Below, in pieces: positions 1-13,167 of a DNA stretch of 64,000 nucleotides. Numbering within the stretch: position 1 is the stretch's first letter; every line of letters starts with the position of its first letter. The notes below the pieces were generated by a model. It was not told the origin of the DNA. It saw only the letters and a list, made by a program, of their open reading frames with translations, and made no database searches. Origin of the DNA: Protoeuglena noctilucae (lineage: Eukaryota); NCBI GenBank assembly GCA_958009085.1, contig OY253688.1, positions 372,001 through 436,000 of the forward strand. The letters run 5' to 3'. The position numbers and the translations under genes are program-made.

Positions 1-865
1 CTAGACCACCCTAGCCAAACGCAAGTTGCGCCACTTTTCGCCGTCACTCCGCATCCGCATCCACCTCACCTCCAAAAGCATATCAGCAACCTGCGCTCGG
101 TGCTTGCTATCCACCTCCCCCACCGTGCACTTGTGCTCCGCGCCCACGAGCATGACGCCTGAGATCCACACGAGCTTCTCCAGCATGGCCGCCTTGTAGT
201 CCTCTGTGGGAGACAAACGAAGAGGGCAGTCAGCAGCTAGCAATGGAGCACTCACATGCAGCGCCTGCAGTGCCACGTGAGGCACTTCCAATACGCATCG
301 CAGCGTAAGAAAGGACTGCTGGGCAAGAGACCAAGTCTAGAAAGTACACACACGTGGGAAACGTCTTATGCAACGGCAGGGCGCACGGCTCACCGGCGCC
401 AAGCACCCTGCAGGAGAGGCCGCCCGACCGCAGCCGCTCTGCGAAGGACTCGGCGTGGGGGCCCGTCACGGCCGTCAGCCCCTCCGGGTTCATCGCCGTC
501 TTCCCGTCCGTGGGCGCGTCGCCCATCTTGGCCACCGCGAAGTAGATGAGCGCCTGGGTGTTGGAGCCGAGCCCCTTGGCGTCCAGCCAGGGCTGCAGCA
601 TGCCGTTCTGGATGAAGAGCAGGTCCTTGCGCCGGGACTCGGGCGTGCGGTTGACGACGTCGTCGAGCGTGTCGTTGCGCGTGCATACGACGATCGGACC
701 CGCGGGGCTCGTCGGGATGGGATCGCTCCGGCCCACCATCACGTCGGTCCCGGGGCCCATCTTCATGAGCGCTGAGCCCACCCGCCCCTTCCCGACGATC
801 ACGAATGGCTGTTTTGCGGCCATCGCGACCACTCTGCGAGCCGATAGACAAGCCCGGGGCGTCAT
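1..865 (-). CDS. Conserved plant/algal Rossmann-like protein (ketopantoate-reductase-like, At1g16080-type); spliced, runs off the window edge
   Basis: Motifs VIVGKGRVGSAL, VCTRND, FIQNGML and MLEKLVWIS; GT-AG intron at 204-393. The start may lie further upstream. Confidence 0.7.
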
Positions 866-1365
866 ACGCGCGGGTATCTGAGCCCCATGGTTTCGTCGCC
901 CTCCGTCGTCGATGGGGCTCCCAGGGACCGATGCCGGCAGCCAGCGGACAGGCATGGTCATCGCGTCAACACTGCACCCCAGCGCCATGCTCCAGCGACC
1001 TCGTGGGAACACACAACCAGTTACCCCGCACTCTGATGCTCACCCCGATCTCCTGGCAGTCGGGCACGCTTTGCTAAGCGCTCCTGATCGGACGAGGGGC
1101 GATGGCTGCATGGGGGCGCGCACTGATAATGGATGGGGCAGGCGGTGCTGGTACAGGGCACGCCCTTTCTAGAAGACAAGGATCAAATGGTGATGCGCAG
1201 ACCTGCTAGGTTTGGCGTGCCTCACGATCATTTTCAGCTCCTTTCTCTTGAGAGCCAGAGCCAGATTTGAGGGCTCCGACATTGCGCAAGAACCGCTGCG
1301 AGCCTGAACAGGTCGGGGACGAGGCGCAGCTGCGGCCAGATCTGGTTGCTGTCGCAGGGACTGTG

Positions 1366-4258
1366 ATGCAGCACGGACGGGTGCTCTCCCACGCCGCGGC
1401 TGCCGCGCGGGTGGAGGTGCCCACGGCAGCGCGCCATGCAGAGCGGCAGAGGTGCAGGGACTTTGCGCCATGCCGCGTCTGGCCGCGTCGCGTGAACCTT
1501 CGAGCCGACAGGAAACGCGCCGGGGTGGCGCTTGCGGCATCGCTGAACGGGGAGCCCGTCGATCTCAACAAGCTCCACTCCGCACTGAGCCGAGCCGTCG
1601 AGGCAGAGGACTACTCGCTCGCCGCAAGCATCCGCGACAGCATCAACAAGGCCATGAAAGCTCAAGGCATCGAGGACGGCCCCTCGGACTGGAAATCCAT
1701 TGGGATCCTGCCGTGGCTTGCAGACCGGTGCGGGGCAGCGCAGGCGCAGGGGAAGGACGGTGAAATCGGTGCGGCAGTGCAAGCAACGTAACTGTGGTTT
1801 CCGCTCGCAGGGTCGAGCAGCTGGGCTTCCGCCTCCCGACGCCCATCCAGAGGAGGTGATGACGAGGACAGTTGGGCCGGCCAGCTCTGCGCGCGACGCG
1901 ACCCATTTTGGATCCCTATGTTCCAGTGCAAAGCTCGTTTGTCCATGTCGTCGCGCCATCCTCCACGAAGACGTAGGCGGCGCGGGGGCGCACGGAGAGG
2001 GCTGGGGCTTTGGCCCTCTCCACGTCCCCGCCGATCCTCCCGCCTGCAGGGTGATCCCGGCGATCATGAGCGAGCGTGACACGCTCGTGCAGGCTCTGAC
2101 GGGCTCCGGAAAGACGCTCGCTTTCCTCCTGCCGGCGCTGTCGATGCTCGATTACGAAGTGGCGCGGGACGACATCACCTCGCCCGGGATGCTCGTCGTC
2201 ACGCCCACTCGGGAGCTCGGCGTGCAGATCTTCATGCTCGTTTTCAAGCTTTTCGGAGGGAACGTGAACAAGGGGATCCCGGGCGACGCGGGCAACATGT
2301 TCCGCTTCAGGTGCGCCTGGGCCGCCCCCGCATCATGCAGGCCCCGATCCCGCACGCCAGATGACCTTGTTTACCTCCGTTGCGCGCTGCAGTGGCCCCC
2401 GGGAGCTCAAGGTCCGCGGCATTTTGGACGCCAAGGAGGCGGTGATGGCCCGCGACCCTCGCTACCTGAAGGGAGTGCACGTCGTGGTGGCGACCCCGGA
2501 CGCCCTCGACATCGCGCTTCGGTGCGTGTCGCGGACGCGCAGGACGCCCGCCTGCCAGATGCGGCACGCGATCGGCGCAGGCCCAGCGTGGCATGTACTT
2601 GGCGCGTGCAATGCGTGCGGCGATCGCACGGCAGCGGCGTCTCCGTCGCAGGGAGAAGCTGGAGGTGAACGAATTGGAGGGTCTGCTGCGCATGGACGAC
2701 GACTTGGAGGCCAAGAAAGAGCTCATCGAGTCGGCGATACGGTCCGAGCCTTCCTGGGTGATGCGCAAGCTCGGTGAGGACTTGAAGAGAGGGCATCTGT
2801 TGCGACTGCGGGAGGCTCGGATGCGGCAAGAGCTGAGTCATTGTGGAGCGTGCTGGTGGCTGCGACTGGCACAGCGCCTGCTGTTTGTGAGGGCGTTTGG
2901 ACTTTGTTTCCCTTTGCAGAGACGATCGTGGTGGACGAGGTGGACGCGTGTTTCGAGAGATTCCCCGGGGTGCGTTTGGAGCCTGCAGGGAGCTTGCTTT
3001 TGCAAGCGCAATGACCGGGCTTGCACCTCAAAGCTGCCTTGACATCTTGACATCGCCGCCCTCGCTCGCAGGAGATGAGGCGGCTCTTGACGGGCCACTT
3101 CGGCCTGGTCAAGCCGCAGATGGTGCTGTGCGGGGCGACGCTGACGCAGGAGCACTTGGAGGAGGTGGGGAGCCTTGGGGTGCTGGCGTCGCCGCAGTTG
3201 GTGGGCATGGGGGGCGGCGAGGTGCTTCCGGGGAGCATCGAGCATTTGTACGCGGTCGTCGACGCCCCCCGCAAGCTCATGACGCTGGCCAGGCTGCTCA
3301 AGAAGGACCTCACGGACAGCGGCATGGACGACGCCCCGCCTCGGGTCATGGTGTTTGCGTCGAGCGACGAGCAGGCCCGGCAGATCGCGGACCCCCTGCG
3401 CACGTCGCTGTGGGGGCAGCACAAGCTCAGCGTCCTCCTGCCGACGGGGTTCGAGACGGTGAGCGCGCAGCTGTTGGTGAACCCCCAGAGTCCTCTGCCC
3501 TTGGCCACTCCTGTTGCCTGCCTTGGCGTCCACTCTATGACAATCCCATTCCCCTTGATCTCTATCGATCCACACCTCCACTGCCACCCCCCTCACTGCT
3601 TCACCGCCACCACCCTTCCCTCCACCCCTCCCTCGCTCTCCCATCACCTCCCTCCCCTCCACCCCTCCCTCCCTTCCCCACCACCTCCCAGGTGCGCCAA
3701 ATGGAGGCATTCCGCGACAACCGTTCCACGCTCATGGTGTGCACCCCGACGTCCGCGCGGGGCATCGACATGCCGGCCGTGACCCACGTGTACCTGACGC
3801 GGGTGCCGGAATCAGCGGCGGAGTACGTGCACGCTGCGGGGCGGTCGGGGCGGGTGGGGGCTAAGGTGGACGGCCGGTGTTTAGTGCTGGTGTCGCCGGG
3901 GGAGGAGGAGGAGCGGTTCAAGGCCATGATGGGGGAGCTGGGAATCACGGCGACGCAGGTGGACGTGCCGGGGGTGAGTGAGGCGTGAGGGCGCGGGTGG
4001 GCGTGGGCAGGGGTGGGTGAGGGCCAGGCGCACCCGACGCTGCGACCCGGCCGGAACTGCAGTGACGTTGTAGCTGCCTCGCTGACATTGCTGGCGCCAA
4101 GTCACCACGAACACAAAGTCGCAATTCCGTTCTTTCACTTCACGTATTCGCAGGACACGCTGAAGGACTTGGATCCGAGCAAAGCGGGCGACTTGGACAC
4201 TCTGAAGAAGGCGATGGAGGACCTGTTCACTCTCAGTGACGGCCAGGAGCCACAGTGA
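1366..4258 (+). CDS. DEAD-box RNA helicase with N-terminal UVR-like motif, probably organellar; multi-exon
   Basis: Q motif GFRLPTPIQ (exon ~1811-1855), TGSGKT, PTREL, VATP, DEVD (~2935), ARGID, HAAGRSGR; UVR-like AVEAEDYSLAASIRD; last exon ~4154-4258. Confidence 0.85.
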
Positions 4259-4591
4259 GGGAGCGGGGTCACACACGGGTCAACCACAGGGGCGAGGTGC
4301 TTGGTGGTTGGTTTCGGACTCACGCTGGCTTTGCGCCGGCAGGGCTGTGCGGACCTCAGGTGCCAGTGACTGGCGCGTTTGCAGCTATCAAGGGCTTGTT
4401 CATAGCGATTGTTGCGCATAGGACAGTCTTCAGCGGACGTAGGGAATGGGCTTAGTGGGAGCGGTGTGTGAATTAACCAATCGGCAGCTGGGCAAGGACA
4501 GCGACGAGAGCAGCGAAGGGAAGGCGGGGCGCGCCTGGAAGCGACTCAAACGCATGCAGCCTCGTATGCAAATCCCGTGCGAAGCTCGCGC

Positions 4592-7500
4592 TCAGAAGGT
4601 GCAGTACTTGCGCAGCAGGGCTCGCACCAGTTCGTCTGCCCCGCTGTGCCGGAAGATGAGGGAGAGGTTGAAGGCCGCCTCCCTCTCGACGCCCCGACCG
4701 AACGCAGGCGCTTTGGAGGCTGCTGTGAGGCTGCGCTTGTAGAACATGGCAGCGGCTGCGGAGGCGGAAAAGAAGGGATGATGGAGAACGGGAACGTCGA
4801 TGAAAACGATGGGAGAAGACTCTGAGAGTGTGCGACATGGGCCATGTCAGGCGTGGGTCTCGCAACAGGTAAAGTCCAGTCTGGCCTTTTCACAGCGCGA
4901 CGCAACTGCCACCCACGTCCCATGCGTCCTCTCACCTGACAGCAGGCCCATCTGGTGCGCGGCCCTCCCCATGTTGTACAGTGCCTCTGCCTCTTCTTGC
5001 TTGGCGGACGCGTAGAGGTCTAGCCACCCGAACGTGTGCAGCGCGCCCTTGTCCCGGTCGGGGATGCCCTTGCCGCACACCCAGTTGCACATGGCCACCC
5101 CGATGCACATCTGCGGGATGTCAAGACAGGAGAGGGATGATGGACACCATGTCATGAAATCACACGTGTGGTGGTCAGCCAGCAATGTGGTAGCTACTGA
5201 TCAGCAATATCCATATTGGCACACAGGCAGGTGACGGCTCTCTGACCAGGGGTGGTGCCACTCACCGGCACAGAATGGGTCTCTAGTAAGACAGCATGTG
5301 CTGCGACTCACCAGCACTAAGGGGTCTTTGGGTGACATGGCCAGTGCTTGGAAGTACTCGGTGAGCGCGTGGGCCATGGCGTCCTTGCTGGACTGACCCA
5401 GGAAGAAGTGGCCCATGTACAGCACGGGAGCCACGTTGCCAGAGTCACCCGTGCCCTGCGAGCGAAACGCAAGAGAGCGCAAGATAGATATGAACGGGAG
5501 ACATGAGACGATGTCTGCGGTCCCACAGCATCCATGCCAGTGACTCAGGCGACACTTAGGGTACAAATGAGCAGCCCTTCAGATGACTAACCCCGTTACC
5601 CGCACGCCCCTCACCTGTCTCCACGCCGCCAGGGTCCCCTTGGGCCTGGCCAGGCCGATGGGCAGCCACCGGTGGGCCTCCCCCGCGCAATGCGCCACCT
5701 CGCAGGCCGCCGTCCACAGCAGCCGGCTGGCCGTGCGGCGCGTGAGCATCCCCCTCAGCAGCCGCTGCGCCTCCTCCGGGCGCCCCTGCATCAGCCGCAG
5801 CCGGGCCTCGCAGAGCTGTATCGCCAGCCGCTTGGGGACCGTCGCCTTGCACCGCTGCAGCACTGCGTGGATGCCACGCAGGTACCGCTCCACGTCCCCC
5901 AGCTCCCCCACGGAAATGAGCGAGTCGAGCACCGATACGAGCGCCAGGAAGTCCTGATTGTCTTGAACCAGGTGCTGGGGCGCCCATTCCGGCGCGACGC
6001 CCCCCTCGTCTACCTCCATGCCGTCTGCGTCGTCGCTGTGGGGCTGGCGACGGCCCGAGATGCGGTGCAAGGCGCGCAGGCGGTTCGGGTCCTGTCGCTC
6101 AAGAACGGAGAGCACGATGGCCTCGGCGTCCCGGATGTGCTGGCGCGTGCGGTAGGCGCTGCGGGTGTCGGGCTCCGGAACCGCCAGGATGCCCGGCGCA
6201 GGCCTCTCCTGGCTGCGCATTGGGAGGCGGGGAGAGGCGGGGGGTCAGGATGTGTGTGAGTGTGGGGGCGGAGACGGTGTGGCGGCAGTGTGGGCGGGGG
6301 GGTCGAGGGGTGTGGGGCCGAGTTGCATGGCGCGCATTCTATGCTCCACATTGCAAGGGGCACACCGCACCTCTCGGGTGGCGTCCTCGTTTCGTTGACG
6401 AGGTTGTTGTATCCCCGCACGAGCTCGGGGCTGAGGGTTTTGAACCGCCCCTTGAGGAGCAGGTTGAGGCGACTCATGGCGGCCTTGGTCACGCGCTCGT
6501 CCCCGATGTTCCTCGCCCTGTGAGAGACGACGGAGAGACGAGGAAGGATCGTATCGGGTTTTGGATGTTTGGAACTGTGAACTGTCAAGCCAGCACACGA
6601 CCAGCAACCATCGCATGGCCCAGTCACTGCACAATGCCTGGCATGCCCTCATACCCAAAGCCCTCCCAACCCCAGTGCATCGTCACTCACAGCAGCGCCT
6701 CCCTCATCTCGTTCCGAATCGCCTCCGCCGTCGCCCCGTCCTCCTGCCCCTCCCGGATGACGCTGTCCGGGTCCTCGACCAGCTGCGACAGCGCCACGCC
6801 CACCGACCCTCGAATCGTCTCTCGGAACTTCCTCCGGTCTCCCAGGCGCAGGTACAGCTGCGCCTTGCGCAGAGCCACGGACTTGGCACGCGCCCGCGCC
6901 GCCTTCTGCAGCTGGTTGAGGTCCGTGGGGCGTGCGCCCTCCAGGTGGGCGTTCTGGGACATGCCCTCGGACAGCAGCGTCTCAAAGGTGGGGACCTGAG
7001 GGGAAGAGGAACAGCACATGTGAGTGGACATACCCTCGGACAGCAGCGTCTCAAAGGTGGGGACCTGCGGGGTGGGAGAGAGAGCAAGCGTGAGCAGCTA
7101 CGAAGCCTGGGTGACGCACTGTTGGCTGAGTCTGTCGAGCCGGTCACGTGGAGTGAGGCTTGGCGCTAGCTAGTAACTAGGTAGCGTGACGAGCAACGCC
7201 ATTACAACCTGGCTCATGCCACCAGCCCCGGGCACACCCTGTGTCGGGAGCTACTAAGCCCAACAGTGCCACTGCATCGCGGCTCGCAATGTTGCCCTGC
7301 CCACCTTGAGGGCGTCGAGCGTGGCCACCCCTCGGTCCGTGTGGGTGCCCGTCTCTGCGTACATGCTGCAGAGCTGCAGCACAGCATCCTCGTGATCCTC
7401 CGTGCCCTCCTCGAGCTCCCCTATCACGCTCTCCAGGAGCGGGATGGCCTGCGACGGTGGGCGCCGAGGGCAGCGTGACTGTCCAGCGCCCTTCGCAAAG

Positions 7501-9978
7501 GGCGCTCTCTTAGGCTCTCTTAACAAATCACAAGCCACGAGTCTCAAGACATGCCTCGTCAGGCTGCCGGGGATGGTTGAGTCCGCGACCTGCATAAGTC
7601 ATTGCTAACAACACCTTTGCTTCCCTGGCATCAACCAGCATCCACCCTCACCTCCTGGTGCTGCCCGCACGTGACGTAGCACTCGGCAAGCTTGGCCCGG
7701 ACCGTCGTGGAGTCGAGCTTCGAGACGGCGTGGATGCGCTGGTAGAACCCGGCAGCCTCCGCGGGCATGCCCACCGCCAGGAGCGTCTCTCCCACCTCCA
7801 AAAACAGGTCCCCGTACGTGCCCACCGCTGAGTCAGGCAGGCTGGCGACCACGTGGAAGTGGGCCATGGCCTTGGCTGCGGGGGCGCGGGGTCGCAAACA
7901 AAAGTATCGTGCTATGCACAGGTGCGGGCGCTATGCGCAGGTGCGGGCGCGCATGCGTCATCGAAACGTGCTGCGCGACAAGCTGTTGTTGCTGCTCCTG
8001 ATCCCGGGCACAGCACGAAAACGGACAACACGAAAACGGACACGAGCGCGCGATGCATGCCGGCACGCACCCTTGTTGCCCAGGTACGCGTGGCAGATGC
8101 CCGCCCTGACTGCGAGGTCGGCAGGCAGGGGCCCTCCATTGCACATCTGGCCCTTTGCCTTGTCTAGCAGAAAGAGACCATCGTTGTACAGGCCCTGGGT
8201 GATGTAGAGCTCCGCCAGGATGTTGATTTGAGTCAGGCCGGCGTTGGGGTGGTCCTGCGAGCCCCGCAAACATCGGCGCATGGGTCGGCTCGCCTCGCCA
8301 CGCATGGCGCTCCACTGCCCGTGACATAAGCAGCCCGATGCACATACGCACGGCCTATGTCGAGTCGCTGCAACCGTCGGGAGACCTCACAGCTGCGTGC
8401 GACTTGCATTGCATGGCAAACGACTGTAACCCCCGCTCCTGGTCCTCCGCCCACCTTCGCCACGACTCATCTACCTCCGCCCCTGCCATCACGCTTCGCT
8501 ATGCGTGACTCACCGCGATGTACTTCTCGACGATCTCGATGGCTTTGATCGAGTTGCCCATTCGGTGGTGCAGGCGCGCTAACATGTTGAGGAAGTCGCC
8601 TTTGGGCATGTCAGTGTCCGTCGCCAGAAGGTATTCGTACTGCTTGACAGCCCTGCGGAAGTCCCTCGTCTCCACCAGCAGCTGCGCGCGCATGACCCGA
8701 GCCTCGATGTCCTCTTTGTCGCGTGCAAGGACCTTGTCCAAGCACACCACCGCCTGTTGCACGGACCCCAACTCCCGAGCCATGTGCGCCAGCCGCTTCC
8801 ACCGGTCTGCGTGGATGCACGGCAGCGTGAGAAGAGCGTAGCAGGTGCACACGAGAAAGGCGTCCCATGCAGTCCCATGCTGCATGCAGGCGTCCAATGC
8901 AGCCGCCGGCATGCGCGGTGAACAAGTCGCTTGTCCCTCACCCGTGTCTTGTGGGCCGAGGAGAGCAGCGAGGGTGTAGAAATCGAACGCCTTCTTCTTG
9001 TTCCCCATCAGCTCGTGCACCACGGCCAAGAGGTTGTACGGCCCTGGCTCGTCGGGCAACAGGCGCAGCGCCTCCTGCCCACGCTTCATCGCAGCCTCGA
9101 AGTGGCCGTCGATGTACAGCTTGGTGGCATCCCCGATGATCCGGTCGGCCTCTACCTGCGGTCACGGCGCGTTTGCGTGTGCAGCCGGGTCTGGGGCGGT
9201 GGGCCGCATGCGTGCATGGGCATTATGGCAAGGCCTCGCCAGGCCTCGCCAGGCAGCGTTCGGCCGCTGAGAGGCAGCTGAGAGATGCAAAGCAATGGGA
9301 ACTGTGAACTGTCTCTGCTCCCGCCTGTACCATCTACTTGCCTGCAGCTGGGACTGGCGAGAGGCTTTGCGACCTCGGTTCCCCCGTCGCCGCCTCCTGC
9401 CGTCCACCAGCCCAATGCGCCGCGCCATGTCGCTGTCCCAGATGTCGTCGACGCCGGGACCGAACAGCTGCGCCACCCGCTTGCCCTTGCGCTGCGGGGA
9501 TAACACAACAAGGGAGTTTAATCCAGTATGCCCGGCTAGTGCGCACACACGCTAAAGCGGCAGCTGCCGCTTCCCCAGCGCCGCTCGCCTGCCGCGACGG
9601 CCCAGGCTGCAAATCCTCGTCCTCAGCCTCTTCCTCCTCCTCGCTGTCACTGACGGCCGACGCCAGGCGCATGTGCGAGAGCAGGTGCAGCGCCGTGTTC
9701 CCCGGCCGCCGCTCCGTCTCCTCCAGGATGGCCCGCACGTCCATGACCTCCTCCTCCGCAACTTCAGGGGCGCTCGGCCCCGCCTCGCGCAGCCCCCGCG
9801 CCCCTGCGCCCCCCGCGCCCCACCCACGCCCCTCCCTCGCTGGCTCCTCGTCCATATCCTCCATGTCCTCGTCCATGTCCTCCCCCTCCTCCTCCTCCAT
9901 CATCTCATCTTCGAGATTCTGGCCGAAGAGATCGGCCTCGTCCTCCCCCGGCCCCGCAAACAGCGCGTGCTCGTCCAT
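4592..9978 (-). CDS. GTF3C3: General transcription factor IIIC subunit 3 (TFIIIC-102/Tfc4, TPR protein); multi-exon
   Basis: Acidic N-terminus, TPR repeats (PGPYNLLAVVHELMG, RWKRLAHMARELG), EALYNMGRAAHQMGL, and C-terminal REAAFNLSLIF...LLRKYCTF* with stop at 4592-4594. Confidence 0.85.
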
Positions 9979-9983
9979 GGCGC

Positions 9984-10268
9984 TCACAAGTTGTGCTTGA
10001 AGAGCTTGAACGCCAGCCAGTTGCCGTGCAGGAACAGGATGAATACGAAGACAATGCAAGGGAGAAGGAGGCCCCAGTAAGCGCGCTCGGGGAGGCCGCC
10101 GTGCGCGTCCGAGACCGAAAAGCGGGACGCTGAAGTTGAAAGGGAGTGGAGGCTCGCCACGAGGTACGCCGGGAGCCCGAACGCCCCGAGGACGAGAGCG
10201 AAGCCGACGAAGAAAAGGCTCGTGCGGCCACCTCGCGCGTGCGCGGCCGCCGCGGGGCTGCGACGCAT
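9984..10268 (-). CDS. PIGY: PIG-Y/Eri1-like GPI-GlcNAc transferase subunit
   Basis: 94-aa ORF with two hydrophobic segments and C-terminal YWGLLLP...NWLAFKLFKHN, matching the PIG-Y family pattern. Confidence 0.7.
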   Translation of the reverse strand: MRRSPAAAAHARGGRTSLFFVGFALVLGAFGLPAYLVASLHSLSTSASRFSVSDAHGGLPERAYWGLLLPCIVFVFILFLHGNWLAFKLFKHNL

Positions 10269-11016
10269 TCAAGGGGCGGACGTGCTTTGCCGGGACTCCA
10301 GCGCCCGCGCCGTGAGCTTCTCGCCCAAGACGAAGCGGCACCACGCACAGAGCGATCGCTCACCTATCCTCGTCGAGTAAGTCCTGCAGCCGGTGGGTGG
10401 AGGAGACGCGACTGCGGTGCAGCAGTGGGCGAAAGGTTGTTGCGCTGCCCGCGGAGCGTTCGGGACTGATGCGCCGTCCATGCACCACCAATGGTACGTA
10501 TAAGGTACATGCATCATTCAAAGCCGAGCAAATGCGCTCTGTAAGCACGTGACCACCGCCTGCTCACCGGAACAGCTGATGCACCTCGTTATTGTCAATT
10601 GTCTTGCCACGCTTCGCCTCTCCCTTCGCTGCCATGAACGCGGTATGCGAGCGGCCGCTCCTCGCCACCCCAAGCGGCCCAGCGGCCCACGTGCGGTGTG
10701 AGTTCGTCCCTGAACAGCTAGCGAGAAGGGCAGGGAGCCATACACAGGACTGAATGGCAGCCCGATGTGCAATATTGTCGACTGGCTGCTGGCCAGGGCT
10801 GGGACATCACACGCTCAGCCAGAAAAGGGGGCAAGCCCGCTTGTTTAGCCAGCTGGTTAAGAACAGCAGCTGGCCTCGCCCGTGGCAATCCTCTGAACAC
10901 TCAAAAGCGGCCTGGACTCTCCCTCAGCGTTCCTCGCCCGTCCAAAAGAGGACGACACACTCGCGGCTGGGCGTTGCGTCTTTCCCGCGTGTCTGCAGTC
11001 GACTTCGTTGGCTAAT

Positions 11017-11648
11017 ATGGAAGAACTTTTTGCTGACGACGTGGATACGGTGAGGCCTGGGCGGGGCAGCGATGGGCGTAAGCAGGGCATCCGTTGACCG
11101 CCCAGCGCCCTTCCTTGCAGGTGGGAGCGGCCATCGCGCGCGGCGGGGACGTGAACGCCTGCCGACCGGAGGGAGACATGCCGCTGCATGTCGCGTGCAG
11201 GGCCGGGAACCTGGAAGTGGTCAAGCTGCTCGTTGCCAAGGCAAGCGAGGGTGGCACAGGCGGACGTGGCATATCCCCAGGCATAAAATCTGAAAGACCG
11301 GCCCGCAATCGTCGGTGCGTGCAGGGCGCGGACGTGAATGCCGAGGACAGGACTGCGGTTTGCCGCACGCCGCTCCACTACGCGGCGGACGCGTATGCGG
11401 GGGACACGGAGGGCGACCCCCGCTTTGAGGAGGTCCTGCAGGTTTTGGTGGATGCCGGGGCGGTGAGCCTGGCGGATAAGAAGGGGAACCTGCCGAGCGT
11501 GGGGGACGAGGCGGACTTCGTCGTGCAGAAGCTCATGGAGCGGGCGGAGAAGGGCGGGGAGGCGGCAAGGAAAGCACAGAAGGAGCGGAGGATGCAGGCG
11601 GCGCGGGACATCATGAACGCCAAGCAGGTGGGACGCGATGATGACTAG
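11017..11648 (+). CDS. Small ankyrin-repeat protein (3 exons)
   Basis: PLHVACRAGNLEVVKLLVAK|GADVN and TPLHYAA; introns at 11050-11120 and 11241-11324 (GC-AG). Confidence 0.85.
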
Positions 11649-12098
11649 CTATGCTGTCCTCGCTGCTTGTGCGTCAACACGGCCCGGGCCCCTTTGCCAT
11701 GGGCTGATCTGATCAGCCCGCATCACTGTGCTTCCCAGGACGAGTATCAGAAGAATTGCAGTGCGGCGATGGTCAGCGTGATGGACTCGGGGAGCCACGA
11801 GGGCTACAAGGGGGCCATGCACCTCAACAAATGACCTGTCGGCGTCAGTCAGCACGCTTGGCAAAGCGCGATGAGCCCAGGCAGCAGCGCAGTCATTGAA
11901 TTGAGAAGCATGTGATACTCGGCATGCTGCTGCATCGTTGAAGCGCAGGCTCGGAGAGAAGATCAGGAACCACCTGCACCCCCAACGAGGTGAGGGCTGG
12001 CGATGTGCGCACGGGCCGCGAATGACCTCGCCGCATCTCGCATAGGCCCGTTCCAAAGTGACGTTTCTTCACACGTTGCAAAGGAGAGCGACTCAACG

Positions 12099-12895
12099 AT
12101 GCCGTGCGCGGTCATCTCCTGGGACGCGCTCGCCAAGCATTCCGCCTCGGAACGGCCGAGTTCCGCGAGAAACGCCAAGCCCGAGGTGTGCAACATCTTG
12201 TTGTTGCATCAATACACGAGTATCGGGTGAACGGACTCACGGAGTGAAAGGATAAGGCTGTTTTGTGCACGGGCTGGGCGTCCATCCATCCCCCTGACGC
12301 CCATCCCTCGCTTTGAGCCCATCCATCCCCTCGCGTCTGCCCCTTTCCCCAGCACGAGCAGCTATGGATCACGACGGACGCTCTCCCGGACTTGCTTCTG
12401 GGCGGCAAGCCGACCCGTGTCGTCACGGGCCTCGGGCCCGGGGGTCCTTCCCGCTTCGAGGGGCTGGTCGAGACGCTTAGCTACTTGCACGACCACCACG
12501 GCTACCGCGTCGTCGGAGTCCGGCAGGGATCTTTCCAGCGCGCCGGGGCGGTCGAGTACGTGCTCTGCGCGCGGCCCGACCCGGACCCCGCCTCGCCCGG
12601 CTCCACCGCCGCCCGCATCTCCGGGGCGGTGCCGACCCCGCTCACGCTGGCTGCCGCAGCTGCAGGGGGCGCCGCGGTGGCAGCCCTGCTGCTCGTCGCG
12701 CGCGCCTTGCGTCGGCCCAGGGCGGGACCCGCTGCCTCGTCACGCCCGGCCCACTCCGCCCAGGCGCCGCTCCTCGCCAAGGGCGGCGACGGCGCCACGA
12801 CGGCGGCAGCTGGCACTGACGCACCCGCGCTCTCCGGGCCGGCCCGGGATCAGGGCGTCCCGGCGCCTCAGGTAACGAACCGCACACAGTCCTGA
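12099..12895 (+). CDS. Hypothetical protein with a C-terminal hydrophobic segment; 3' end uncertain
   Basis: Exon 12099-12185 splices in frame to 12353 (HEQLWITTDAL...); GC-rich third codon positions. Confidence 0.5.
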
Positions 12896-13167
12896 CATGC
12901 ATGCCTCGACACAGGTAGGATCTTGTCCGTATTCACTACGCCCAGCGCAATGCGAGGTCCGCAGGGCGCCAAGGTGGCCTCGGGCGCCGACGCCATGGCG
13001 CATGAGGGCTGGGTGGATGTCTACAAGGCGTCCCACGCTGGTGGCCTGTAGGAAGCGGCGAAGGCGGCATGCACGGCGCTCATGTGCCCGCGCGTGAGAG
13101 TGTAGTGTCTATGCGCTCCAGACATAGGGTAGGAGGGTCGGGTGAGGGCAGGAGACGAGGCCATGGG

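Noticed and set aside
3570..3690. C-rich tract, plus GT-rich tracts near 6250 and 63910
   Set aside because: Ordinary low-complexity intron sequence; not telomeric or a regular satellite.
4013..4258. Independent small gene after the helicase
   Set aside because: Better explained as the helicase's last exon (donor ~3975, acceptor ~4153).
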